DNA of 64,000 nt from an uncultured Candidatus Saccharibacteria bacterium (GCA_964372245.1 CAYJQE010000001.1:11745-75744), one strand, 5' to 3'; counted from the stretch's first letter, positions 18,478 to 27,777 are shown. A program made the numbers and translations. The notes: generated by a model from the sequence alone, not told the origin.

Positions 18478-19800
18478 ATGGCCGAAAGGCGGAAGAAAAT
18501 TCAAACTCTTTTTGTTTGCGATGACTGTGGCGAGGAGTATCTTCGTTGGCAGGGTCAGTGCTCGAATTGCCAGAACTGGAATAGTCTTCGGGAGTTTCGG
18601 CATGAATCTCCAAGGCTTAGCGGTCGGTCGGGATCTTTGGACATCAAGCAGCCGCAAAGGCTCGACTTCGGGAAAAAGGACCCGGCTGGTCGGATTAAGA
18701 CAGAGATTAGGGAGCTCGATCGGGTTTTGGGTGGGGGTTTTGTTCATGGTTCGGTCGTTCTTTTAGGCGGCGACCCCGGTATCGGCAAGTCAACTCTTTC
18801 ACTCGAACTTTCGAAATCGCTCTCGATTCTTTATATCTCCGGTGAGGAGTCGGAGGCTCAAATTTCGATCAGAGCCAGCCGGATTCAGGCTCTCGAGAAA
18901 AATCTTTTGTTTACCAGTCAGACCGATGTCAACTCGATTGTTGAAATCCTTGACCGTCTCAAAGAAAGACCGGATCTGGTTGTAATTGATTCGATCCAGA
19001 CCCTTTTTGACCCAAATCTGCCTTCAACGCCCGGCAGTTTGGTTCAAGTCCGAGAGTCGGCCGTCAGGCTGACCGAACTGGCCAAACAAAAAAATCAAAC
19101 TATTATGTTGATCGGTCATGTCACCAAGGAGGGTGAAGTCGCTGGTCCAAGGCTGCTCGAACATCTGGTTGATGTCGTTCTCTATCTCGAAGGCGAACGG
19201 TATCATAACGCGCGGGTTCTCCGGGCAGTCAAGAACCGGTTTGGCGATGTTTCCGAGGTCGGAGTTTTCGAGATGACCGAGCAAGGATTAAAAGAGATCG
19301 CGAATCCCTCAAAACTTTTTCTGGCTGAACGTCAGGTTGAAACGCCGGGCAATGTCGTCTCGGCCACTCTTTATGGCAGCCGGCCGATCTTGGTTGAAAT
19401 TCAAGCTTTGACCAATCGGACGCCTTTCGGCTACCCAAAAAGGACGGCTTCCGGATTCGATCTTTCAAGGCTGGCGATTATCGCCGCGATTTTGGAACGG
19501 AGGGCTGGGATAAAATTGAGCGACCAAGATATTTTTATCAATGTCGTCGGCGGCTTCACCGTCAGAGATCCGGCCGCCGATCTGGCCGTCGCTCTGGCGA
19601 TTGCCTCATCGGTCAAGGAGAAGGCTCTCGATGATGAGATTTGCGTTTTTGGCGAGCTTGGCCTGGGGGGAGAAATTCGGACCGTGATTCAAGCCGATCG
19701 TCGATTAAAGGAAGCCAGGCAGCTTGGCCTCAAGAAAAAAATCGAAGCCAAGAATCTTAAATCTGCCTTCTTTGAGACCGGACTGGCTACTCGATCTTGA
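18478..19800 (+). CDS. radA: DNA repair protein RadA/Sms
   Basis: N-terminal C4 zinc finger (CDDCGEEY...CSNCQNWNS), Walker A GGDPGIGKST, KNRFG motif and a Lon-protease-like C-terminal domain. Confidence 0.9.
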   Translation: MAERRKKIQTLFVCDDCGEEYLRWQGQCSNCQNWNSLREFRHESPRLSGRSGSLDIKQPQRLDFGKKDPAGRIKTEIRELDRVLGGGFVHGSVVLLGGDPGIGKSTLSLELSKSLSILYISGEESEAQISIRASRIQALEKNLLFTSQTDVNSIVEILDRLKERPDLVVIDSIQTLFDPNLPSTPGSLVQVRESAVRLTELAKQKNQTIMLIGHVTKEGEVAGPRLLEHLVDVVLYLEGERYHNARVLRAVKNRFGDVSEVGVFEMTEQGLKEIANPSKLFLAERQVETPGNVVSATLYGSRPILVEIQALTNRTPFGYPKRTASGFDLSRLAIIAAILERRAGIKLSDQDIFINVVGGFTVRDPAADLAVALAIASSVKEKALDDEICVFGELGLGGEIRTVIQADRRLKEARQLGLKKKIEAKNLKSAFFETGLATRS

Positions 19801-22576
19801 AGGTCTGATTCGGCGTCTCGGTCGTGTTGCCGCTTGAGTCAGTTGAGATCAGGCTAAAATGGTAGGTCGCGCCGACCGAAAGACCACCCAAAGTCACCGA
19901 GTGGATCGTCTCGAGACCGGTTTTTTCGATTGATTTTGAATCATAGTTTGAAGTGAGACCGTACTTGACCAGAGTTGTGGCCGATTCGTCGGTCGTCCAG
20001 GTCAACCGCCGGCTTGTCTGGCCGATCGAGACGACTCTCATATCCGATATTTTTGGCGGCGTGGTATCGCCTTTGATCTTGATTGTGATTGAACCGTTGG
20101 CCGTCTGATTTTGGCGATTTATCAGAGTCGCGGCCAAGGCGTGCTCGCCAGCTAAAAGCGAGCTTGTCTCGTAGTCGATTTTATATGGCGGCTCCGAATC
20201 TCTTCCGATCGAGATGCCGTCGATGAAGAACTCAACGAACTGGATTTCCGAAGAAGGTGATCCGGCTTTAACCGCGATCTCGATCTTGCCGCTCAGCTCC
20301 GCCTTGTCCGAGGGCGAGCTGATCTCAAGGCTTGGTTTTAGAAAGTTGGCTTCTTCTGGCTTTTCGCTTGGCGGTTTGAGATCGAGGAGGCCGTTTTCTT
20401 TTGCCCAACTTTGAACCGGTTCTTGCCAGTTGGGGTTGTTTGGCAATTCCGAACGGATCGAGACAAAATAACGATCTTCGAGATTTTCTTTCGGCGTCAG
20501 GACGGTTGCCCGCTCGCCAGTCGTTTTGTCGACTCTGATCCACAGGTGGACGTCGTCCTTTTCAGTCGGGACCTGCCAGGAGGCAAAAACATCGGTGATA
20601 ATCTCCTCGGGCGGGGTTCGCTCGCTTGGCAGCTTATTCGACAGACGATCGACGGCAAGCTCAACGATGCCTCTCGGTCGAGGGAAGTGTTCGACCGATC
20701 GGTTTTGATGAGCGGCGATCATAAAGTCTCGCCAGATTGGAGCGGCCACGACCGAACCGTCGGCTCCCTTTTTCATTGGCGAGTTGTCGTTATTGCCAAC
20801 CCAGACGACTGTCGTCATCGAGGGTGTGTAGCCGGCCGTCCAGGCATCTCTGAACTCTTGGGTCGTTCCGGTTTTAGCGGCGACCAATCGGCCCGGCAGG
20901 GTAAGATAATTGCTGGTCCCAAAAATTAGAGATCGGGCGCCGTTATCAGTCAAGATCGATGTGACGAGAAAGGCGACCTGGGGGTCTATGACTTCTGGCA
21001 ACTGATCTTTCTCATCAAAACTAAAGAGCTCTTTGCCAGAGCGATCGCGGACACTTTTGATTCCGTGAGTCTTGGCCTTTTTGCCATCGTTGGCGAAAAC
21101 CGAGAAAGCGCCGGCCAACTCGATCGGCCTTACCTCGCCGCCGCCAAGGACGAGCGAGAGACCATAGCGGTCGGGTTCGTTCAGGGTCGTGATGCCAAGA
21201 TCTTTAGCTGTTTCAAGAGTCTTATAAAGACCGGAAAGGGCGAGCATTTTGACGGCCGGGATATTGAGCGAGTTGCCAAGAGCCTGCCTGATGGTGACCG
21301 GCCCTAAAAACTTGCCATTATAATTATTTGGCCGATAACCGCCGCCAAAATCGGTTGGGAGATCATAAAGAACGTAGGCCGGGTTATATTTTCCCTTGAA
21401 AGCGGTGGCGTAAACGATTGGTTTGAAGGCCGAGCCGGGTTGTCTGGCCGCAAGGGTGACATTGACATTGCCGTCGTTTTCGAGATCGAAATAGTCTCGA
21501 CTGCCGACCATGGCTAAGATTTCGCCAGTTTTCGAATCGAGACTGACCAGAGCGGCATTATTGGCTCCGTATCGTCCTAACCGCTGGTCGCTTGCGGCAA
21601 TGGTTGATTCGGCTTTTTCCTGAAGCTCGGGATCAATTGTCGTGATGACTTCAAACCCTTCGGTCTCAAGGGCCGATTCGCCAAACTCTTTGACCAATTC
21701 TTCGCGAACCATCATAACGAAGTGGGGCGCTTTGATTGAAAGTCTTCTAGGCAAGATGTTTGGTTTTTCAGTCAAGGCCTCGGCGTACTCGCGATTTGAA
21801 ATTAGATCTTGCTCCTTCATCTGCTTAAGAACGAGATCCCGTCTCTCAAAGAGCTCCTTGGTGTTTGTCCCGTAAGGCGAGTAGTAAGTTGGTGCTTTGG
21901 GGATTGCCGCCAAAATAGCCGCCTCGCCGAGAGTCAGATTCGACGCGTCTTTATTGAAATACATTTTCGAAGCGGCCTGAACACCGTAGGCCGAATTGCC
22001 GTAAGGAACTTCATTTAAGTAGAGGGACAAAATTTCGTCTTTGTCATAAACTTGCTCGAGCTCAATGGCTAAAATTGCCTCTTTGATCTTTCGACCCAAA
22101 GTTCTTTTTCTCGAGAGCAGAGCGTTTTTAACAAACTGTTGGGTGATGGTCGAGCCGCCTTGGGTCCGCTCTCTTGGGTGAAATGTTTTTCTGACGATTG
22201 ATCGAGTGATGCCCCTGATGTCGAGACCGCCGTGCCCAAAAAAATTTTTATCTTCAATCGCAATCGTTGCTTTCTTTATCGTGTCCGGGATGGCGTTTGA
22301 CTCGAGAACAGTCCTTCGCTCCTCGCCAAAGGTTTCAAACAGCAGGGTTTTCCCGTCTCGGGCATAAATTTTTGTTGACTCGACCGGTCGTCGTTCTTTC
22401 AACCGGCTTGGGGTTGGCAAATCCTTTGAGATCCAAGCGATGTAGGCTAGAAGAAAGATGAAAAAGTAGAGACCGACCCTGGCGAGTTTTTTGACTCTCA
22501 AGGCTCGTCTGATTTGAGACAAAAATTTGAAGAAGATCTTCACAATGGGTTTTATCAGACTGGTGATTATTTTCAT
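19787..22576 (-). CDS. Bifunctional class A penicillin-binding protein (GT51 glycosyltransferase plus transpeptidase) with a C-terminal beta-sandwich extension
   Basis: GT51 motifs (IEDKNFFGHGGLDIRGI, RGGSTITQQFVKN). Transpeptidase SxxK (GSAFKP), SxN (GNSLN) and KTG (AAKTGTT). ~250-aa Ig/Fn3-like tail. Confidence 0.85.
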   Translation of the reverse strand: MKIITSLIKPIVKIFFKFLSQIRRALRVKKLARVGLYFFIFLLAYIAWISKDLPTPSRLKERRPVESTKIYARDGKTLLFETFGEERRTVLESNAIPDTIKKATIAIEDKNFFGHGGLDIRGITRSIVRKTFHPRERTQGGSTITQQFVKNALLSRKRTLGRKIKEAILAIELEQVYDKDEILSLYLNEVPYGNSAYGVQAASKMYFNKDASNLTLGEAAILAAIPKAPTYYSPYGTNTKELFERRDLVLKQMKEQDLISNREYAEALTEKPNILPRRLSIKAPHFVMMVREELVKEFGESALETEGFEVITTIDPELQEKAESTIAASDQRLGRYGANNAALVSLDSKTGEILAMVGSRDYFDLENDGNVNVTLAARQPGSAFKPIVYATAFKGKYNPAYVLYDLPTDFGGGYRPNNYNGKFLGPVTIRQALGNSLNIPAVKMLALSGLYKTLETAKDLGITTLNEPDRYGLSLVLGGGEVRPIELAGAFSVFANDGKKAKTHGIKSVRDRSGKELFSFDEKDQLPEVIDPQVAFLVTSILTDNGARSLIFGTSNYLTLPGRLVAAKTGTTQEFRDAWTAGYTPSMTTVVWVGNNDNSPMKKGADGSVVAAPIWRDFMIAAHQNRSVEHFPRPRGIVELAVDRLSNKLPSERTPPEEIITDVFASWQVPTEKDDVHLWIRVDKTTGERATVLTPKENLEDRYFVSIRSELPNNPNWQEPVQSWAKENGLLDLKPPSEKPEEANFLKPSLEISSPSDKAELSGKIEIAVKAGSPSSEIQFVEFFIDGISIGRDSEPPYKIDYETSSLLAGEHALAATLINRQNQTANGSITIKIKGDTTPPKISDMRVVSIGQTSRRLTWTTDESATTLVKYGLTSNYDSKSIEKTGLETIHSVTLGGLSVGATYHFSLISTDSSGNTTETPNQTFKIE

Positions 22577-22673
22577 CGGGATTTGCGTTCGCCTTAATAT
22601 ACTTTACCTTGTCGCCTAGTTTCTTTCGAATCGGCCGATTCTGGGATTATAGCCCGAAGTCTGCTAGATTTAA

Positions 22674-23867
22674 ATGGTGGTTAGTTCGAATCAATCGTTT
22701 TTATCGCGACGGACTGAAAAGATCATCGGTCGCGACTGGCTCGAATCGGCGATTAGACAAAAAAAGAGATTGCGAATTTATTTCGGTATTGACCCGACGG
22801 CGCCGAATATCCATCTCGGTTCGGCGGTCTCTCTCCTAAAGTTGCGCGAGTTTCAAGAAGCCGGCCATCGGGTGATTCTCCTGATTGGCGATTTTACGGC
22901 TTTGGTTGGCGATCCTTCCGGTCACGCCAGAGAAAGGACCAGACTTTCGGAGCGGGAGGTCGAGGAAAACTTGGCCTTTTATCTCGAGCAGGCCTCAAAG
23001 ATTCTTGATCCAGAAAAACTTGAAGTCAGAAAGAACTCCGAATGGTTGTCTAAGCTCACCCTCAAGGATTTTATCGGCTTTGGCTATCATTTCAACGCCC
23101 ATCAGATCGCTGAAAGGAGTCTCTTTCAGGAGCGGAAAAAATCTGGTCAAAGACTGTCAGTCGCCGAGTTTCTCTATCCTCTCCTTCAGGCAATTGACGC
23201 TTTGCGACTGAAAGCCGATCTTCAGATCGGCGGGAGCGATCAAGAATTCAACATGATCGCTGGCCGCGATCTTATCAGACGACTCGAAAATCGAGAGATG
23301 GCGATTATGATCACGCCCTTGATTCTTGGGACCGACGGTCGGAAGATGAGCAAAACCTTGGGCAATAGTATTAATCTGGTTGACGAGGCCGATGAGATGT
23401 TTGGTCGAATTATGAGTTTGCCCGATGACCTAATCTATCCCTACTTCGATTTGACGACCGACATTTCAGAAGAGGAACTTTTGGCGATTCAATCTGACCT
23501 TAAAGAACCAAAAAACCGGATGCTCGTGAAATTGAAATTGGCCAATCAGATTGTCAAACAGTTTCATGGCCGAGAACCGGCCTTTAGGGCTGAGGAGGAC
23601 TTTAAGCGGCGTTTTTCAAAAAGGGAGATGCCGCTTCAGCTAAAAAGCCTTCAAGTAAAGAAGAGGAAAGGCCGATCGCTGGTTGAGCTTTTGGTCGAGA
23701 GTGGTCTAGCCAAGTCGAAAGCTCAAGCCAAAAGATTGATAGCCGAAGGGGGAGTTAAGATTGACGGCAATCAAGTTGATGCCGATCAGACTATTGATTC
23801 CGATAAGCTCTCGAAATTTGTTCTTCAAGTCGGTCGAAGACGAATTCGAGAGATTGTATTTCAATAA
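22674..23867 (+). CDS. tyrS: Tyrosine--tRNA ligase
   Basis: HIGH-type motif (PTAPNIHLGS), KMSKS (KMSKTLG) and a C-terminal S4 domain. Confidence 0.85.
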   Translation: MVVSSNQSFLSRRTEKIIGRDWLESAIRQKKRLRIYFGIDPTAPNIHLGSAVSLLKLREFQEAGHRVILLIGDFTALVGDPSGHARERTRLSEREVEENLAFYLEQASKILDPEKLEVRKNSEWLSKLTLKDFIGFGYHFNAHQIAERSLFQERKKSGQRLSVAEFLYPLLQAIDALRLKADLQIGGSDQEFNMIAGRDLIRRLENREMAIMITPLILGTDGRKMSKTLGNSINLVDEADEMFGRIMSLPDDLIYPYFDLTTDISEEELLAIQSDLKEPKNRMLVKLKLANQIVKQFHGREPAFRAEEDFKRRFSKREMPLQLKSLQVKKRKGRSLVELLVESGLAKSKAQAKRLIAEGGVKIDGNQVDADQTIDSDKLSKFVLQVGRRRIREIVFQ

Positions 23868-24017
23868 TTTTCGGCTTGGAATTTCTCTTTCGCTTGCGGG
23901 CCGTGAGGGCGATTAGTTAAAAGTTCCTTATTCGCGAGAAGACTTTGAGGTTTTTCTCGCGGCCGGTCTCCTTTCAAACGAGCCGCGTTTTTCTTACGCG
24001 CCGGTTCAAAGAAGAAG

Positions 24018-24786
24018 TAGTATATACTATCGATCGGGCAGACTTAAGCATCAATTGACGATCCACCGAGCATACCTCAACCGGTTGAATAGTAGTATAT
24101 ACTAGTGAAAGACGGTGTTGCCTTCAGCTAAGATCTCGATTGGTTTAAGGCGGAACAAATAGCTAAAAAATGTAGTATATACTACTTTTTGCTCATAACT
24201 CGCGTTCATTCGCGACCGACTGATTAACGTCAAAAAATGAGACCGCAAGCGCGGGCAGTAGTATATACTATCGAGCGACCGCTCTGATTTCTGATCGCGA
24301 TCTCGTCTGGAACCAGACCGAGTGGTAAAATAGTATATACTATTATTTAAAGCCTCAGTTTTTTAAGGGCCGCAAACCGTTGTTCAATTGGTGGCGAGCG
24401 ACCCGTCGGAGGGCCTAACATACTCTGAACTTAACAGTCTCAATCTCGAATCATGAGTCTCTGGAAGTCAACACCCAATTTGGTTGAAATAGTATATACT
24501 ATTTTCTTTGAGTTTTATGCTGGCCGAATTGCCAAGCGGAGACACACGTTCGGCCAGTCAGGGCGGGGCGAAAACTACTTTGAGCTTTCTAGAAGGCTAT
24601 CTGGCGCAGGTGGGCTTCAATTGGCGCGACAGCCATGTAGTATATACTAGTGTTTTTTAGTCTCTCTCCGAGCGGTCGCGGCTCTGGATTTTGCCATTCG
24701 CCAGCTTGATATTTTTTGGTGATTGCCGGTCAGCAAAACGCTCGGTACCTTCAGGACCGTCTTCTTCTTCAATGTAGTATATACTA
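24018..24786. repeat. Array of eight exact copies of the 12-bp perfect palindrome TAGTATATACTA with non-repetitive spacers
   Basis: - Copies at 24018-24029, 24093-24104, 24173-24184, 24259-24270, 24331-24342, 24490-24501, 24638-24649 and 24775-24786.
- Extended form (A/T)GTAGTATATACTA(C/T/G)(T/C); copies 3 and 8 are the full 14-bp palindrome GTAGTATATACTAC.
- Spacings are 75, 80, 86, 72, 159, 148 and 137 bp.
- The region 23868-24646 has no ORF longer than 65 aa and is flanked by convergent tyrS and trmD. Copy 7 spans the trmD stop codon and copy 8 lies inside the trmD 3' end. Confidence 0.85.
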
Positions 24787-25354
24787 CCGGACGGGTATAT
24801 TGAGGGTACTCGAGGAGTCTTTTTTTTGTTTCCTCGTCTTTAATGGTGAACGACTCAATCGTTGACGATTCGGCTTTGCCGAGGCCACCGGGGGCCAAGC
24901 GAGTCAGGGCGTCAATCAAAGTCATGGCCGGCAATTCACCGCCCGTCAAAACATAATCGCCGACCGAGATCGCTTCATCAACTATTTTGTGAACCCGATG
25001 GTCAACGCCCTCGTAGTGGCCAGCGACCAGAACGAGATGTTCGTATTTTGACAATCGCTCGACTTTTTTCTGGTTCAAGAGTTTGCCCTTCGGGTCAAGC
25101 AAAATCAGGCGGCAATTTCTTTTTATTTTTAAGTTTGAAATGGCGCGGTCTATAACATCGACCCGAAGGATCATTCCCCGACCGCCGCCGCAGGGTCGGT
25201 CGTCAACGGTTTTATGCTTATCAAGGGCGAACTCTCTAATGTCTACCGCCTCGACGGAGATCGCTTTCCTCTTGACCGCCTTACCGATAACGCTTATTGA
25301 GGACCAATAACCGATGAGCTCGGGAAAAAGAGTCAGAACGGAAAACTTCTTCAC
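24647..25354 (-). CDS. trmD: tRNA (guanine37-N1)-methyltransferase
   Basis: SPOUT/TrmD motifs (VLTLFPE, DDRPCGGGRGMIL, YTRP...LLTGNH). Confidence 0.85.
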   Translation of the reverse strand: MKKFSVLTLFPELIGYWSSISVIGKAVKRKAISVEAVDIREFALDKHKTVDDRPCGGGRGMILRVDVIDRAISNLKIKRNCRLILLDPKGKLLNQKKVERLSKYEHLVLVAGHYEGVDHRVHKIVDEAISVGDYVLTGGELPAMTLIDALTRLAPGGLGKAESSTIESFTIKDEETKKRLLEYPQYTRPVVYTTLKKKTVLKVPSVLLTGNHQKISSWRMAKSRAATARRETKKH

Positions 25355-25412
25355 CCGCCAGCACTACTAAGGACCCGGCCTCCGGGCCTGATTTTTGGTC
25401 AGAAAAAACGCT

Positions 25413-25784
25413 TCAAGCCAGAAGGTCGGTCGGAACGTCGTCTTCAAGTTTTTCTTCTTTGGCCTCTTCCGCCGCCGGCTGGTCTGCCGATTGATCTTTC
25501 TGGTCGTCGGCTTTTCTCGATCCGCCTGTGCCTCCCTCGGGCTCGACTATTTTCAGGTTAACCCGGGCGTTTCGCTTAGCGCCGAAAACGCTAAGAAGCT
25601 TCCTGATTGCTTTAGCCGTGTTGCCTTCCCTGCCGATGACCGTTCCCATATCTTCCGGATCAACGTGGAGTTCGATGAGCACACCGAGCTGGTCAATCGT
25701 CCGGTCGGTCTTGACACTCTCCGGCTTGCCAACCAACCCCCTGACGATTGATTCGACAAACTCCTGATCGGTGATTTCTGCCAT
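25413..25784 (-). CDS. KH-domain RNA-binding protein (YlqC-like) with an acidic C-terminal tail
   Basis: KH GXXG loop (VIGREGNTAKAIRKL). Lies between rpsP and trmD, as in rpsP-ylqC-(rimM)-trmD operons. Confidence 0.7.
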   Translation of the reverse strand: MAEITDQEFVESIVRGLVGKPESVKTDRTIDQLGVLIELHVDPEDMGTVIGREGNTAKAIRKLLSVFGAKRNARVNLKIVEPEGGTGGSRKADDQKDQSADQPAAEEAKEEKLEDDVPTDLLA

Positions 25785-26197
25785 TGTTCTCCTTTCTTAG
25801 TGTTACTTTCCGCTTGTTTTTGAGTTTGAACTTCTGGTTCTCGCGAGCGGTCTTCGGTCGGAGCTTGGACTTGAACTGACTTATCGGCCGTTCCGTTTTG
25901 GTCTGACTTTGCCTCGGCTGAACTTTTTTTTCGGATCAAGACCTTTCGCTTGGGCGACTGAATGACCTCGTGCTTAACCAGTAGATTGTGGACCGTGTCG
26001 CTTGGCCTGGCTCCCTTTTTCAACCAGCCAAGAATCTTCTCTTGGTCTATTTTGAAAACCTTGGGCCGGGCGGCCGGCTGATAGTAGCCAACCTGGTCAA
26101 CAAAACGGCCCTTGACCGGGGCGGTTGACTCGGCGACAACCAAGCGAAAGTGAGGCTTCGACTTTCGACCCGTCCGCTTCAGTCTTATTTTCAGCAT
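25553..26197 (-). CDS. rpsP: 30S ribosomal protein S16 with a long low-complexity C-terminal extension; the 3' 230 bp overlap the KH gene in another frame
   Basis: ATG at 26197 with a GGGAG SD 8 nt upstream. The S16 core is MLKIRLKRTGRKSKPHFRLVVAESTAPVKGRFVDQVGYYQP... There is no stop until 25553, so the Lys/Gln-rich tail runs into the KH gene. This is either a real overlap or a frame error. Confidence 0.7.
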   Translation of the reverse strand: MLKIRLKRTGRKSKPHFRLVVAESTAPVKGRFVDQVGYYQPAARPKVFKIDQEKILGWLKKGARPSDTVHNLLVKHEVIQSPKRKVLIRKKSSAEAKSDQNGTADKSVQVQAPTEDRSREPEVQTQKQAESNTKKGEQWQKSPIRSLSNQSSGGWLASRRVSRPTGRLTSSVCSSNSTLIRKIWERSSAGKATRLKQSGSFLAFSALSETPGLT

Positions 26198-26247
26198 CGT
26201 TTTCTCCCGTCTTAAGTTTCTCAAGTTTAGCAAGGGAAGGCGAATTG

Positions 26248-27141
26248 TCAAGAGCCGCCAAAGAGAGTTTTCAAAATCTGATCGGTCATGAGTCTTTGAT
26301 AGCCGTTTCGAAACTCTGCCCCGCCGATCTCTTTTTTGCCTTCCGGCTTGACTCTCAAGTTAACCAGCCGGCCGGATTGGCTGTCGTAGTCGGATGAGGC
26401 GATTAAAACTCTCCGGCCGTCTTTTAGAAAAAAATAAGTTCCGGGCCAGGGATTTAAGGCCTTGATCATTCGCCAGATCTTTGCTCTCGAATCGGTGGCA
26501 AAATCAATCAGCCCGTCCTCTTTTTTCAACAACTTGGTCGCCGGCTTTTCCGTTTTCGGTTGTTCTTTAGCCTTCAGTTTGCCGGTTAAATAGAGGGGAA
26601 GGTATTTTTTTATCATTTCGGCTGACAGGTCGGCCAGCTTGGCCGAGAGCTTCAAAAAAGTGTCGTCTTTTTCAACCGCGATTTTCTCTATCGCTAGAAT
26701 TGGACCGGTGTCCATACCCTCGTCGATCAACATCAAAGAAACGCCGGTCAACCGATCGCCCTTTAACAAACAGGCTTGAATCGGCGAGGGACCACGATAT
26801 TTTGGCAGAATCGAGGGATGGACGTTGATCGTTTTGAAGGTCGGTATCTCGATCAGGTCTTTCGGGAGAATTTTGCCGTATGCCGCAACCAAAATCAGGT
26901 CAGGCTTCTCTCTTCGGATAACCGCTATCGCTTCTGGGTCCTTTTTGAAACTTGTCGGTTGGAAAAGTTTTATTCCTTCGCGCTTGGCTCTCGCCTTGAC
27001 CGGTGTGTCAATTCTCTTTAGGCCTCGACCCCGCGGCTTGTCTGGCTCAGTCACGATCAGACTCGGTCGCAGGTCAAGCTTTAAAAGCGCCTCGAGCGCC
27101 GGCAGGGCAAAGCTTGGTGTCCCAAAAAAGATGATCTTCAC
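26248..27141 (-). CDS. fmt: Methionyl-tRNA formyltransferase
   Basis: N-terminal formyltransferase domain (MKIIFFGTPSFALPAL, NVHPSILPKYRG) and a C-terminal Fmt domain. Confidence 0.85.
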   Translation of the reverse strand: MKIIFFGTPSFALPALEALLKLDLRPSLIVTEPDKPRGRGLKRIDTPVKARAKREGIKLFQPTSFKKDPEAIAVIRREKPDLILVAAYGKILPKDLIEIPTFKTINVHPSILPKYRGPSPIQACLLKGDRLTGVSLMLIDEGMDTGPILAIEKIAVEKDDTFLKLSAKLADLSAEMIKKYLPLYLTGKLKAKEQPKTEKPATKLLKKEDGLIDFATDSRAKIWRMIKALNPWPGTYFFLKDGRRVLIASSDYDSQSGRLVNLRVKPEGKKEIGGAEFRNGYQRLMTDQILKTLFGGS

Positions 27142-27162
27142 GGATGACTCTAGCCCAAAAAG

Positions 27163-27777
27163 CTATTCGGTCGTAATCGTCAGGATTGTTCGTGGATCGG
27201 CTCGCTCGATGAACAGCCGACCGTCAAGGTGATCAATCTCGTGCTGGACAACCCGGGCGGTCAGCCCCCGGAATTTTTTGATTCTCGGTTTCATTTTTCG
27301 ATCGAGAAATCTGACTAGAACCTCGATTGGTCGTCTGACTTCGGCCTCGACATCGGGAATCGAGAGACAGCCCTCGATCGCGATCGATTGTTCTCGGCTC
27401 GAGGATATAATTTCCGGGTCAATCAGAACCTCAAGATCGGTTTCCTTAAGATCTTTAGTCATCTCTCGTTCTAATTCCGGCCTGCGCTTAAAAACCGCCA
27501 GCCTCTTTTTGAGACCGACTTGAGGCGCCGCCAGACCGATTCCCCGGCGCGAAAGCATAATCGCCGCCATCGCTGGTAAAAGCTTGAGATCTTGGCTACT
27601 GGCTTTGCCAAAAGGCATGGCGGTAGACAAAATCTTGGCCGGGACGGTGACGAGTTTCAATTTCTCCTCTGAAAGTCGCACTATACAATCGCTCAAGATA
27701 ATTAGTTGTTTCTTCGACCGAGAATCGTTCGGCGGCTTTCTTTGACCCCGTCGAAAGTTTCTCTCGCAGAAGTTCAT
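27163..27777 (-). CDS. def: Peptide deformylase
   Basis: Motif I GIGLAAPQVG, motif II EGCLSIP, motif III HEIDHLDG. The N-terminal ~40 codons overlap the upstream glycosyltransferase gene, so the true start is probably internal (around 27660 or the ATG for MPFG). Confidence 0.8.
   Translation of the reverse strand: MNFCERNFRRGQRKPPNDSRSKKQLIILSDCIVRLSEEKLKLVTVPAKILSTAMPFGKASSQDLKLLPAMAAIMLSRRGIGLAAPQVGLKKRLAVFKRRPELEREMTKDLKETDLEVLIDPEIISSSREQSIAIEGCLSIPDVEAEVRRPIEVLVRFLDRKMKPRIKKFRGLTARVVQHEIDHLDGRLFIERADPRTILTITTE

Noticed and set aside
24018-24786. CRISPR array interpretation of the palindrome cluster
   Set aside because: - The repeats are only 12-16 bp and perfectly palindromic.
- Spacings are irregular (72-159 bp).
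- There is no longer conserved repeat body, and no cas genes or leader-like AT-rich sequence anywhere in the window.
24018-24786. LexA/SOS-box or dif-site interpretation of TAGTATATACTA
   Set aside because: - The motif lacks the CTGT-N8-ACAG or CGAAC-N4-GTTCG arms of known LexA boxes.
- It lacks the 11-6-11 XerCD arm structure of dif.
- Eight tandem copies are not expected for either.
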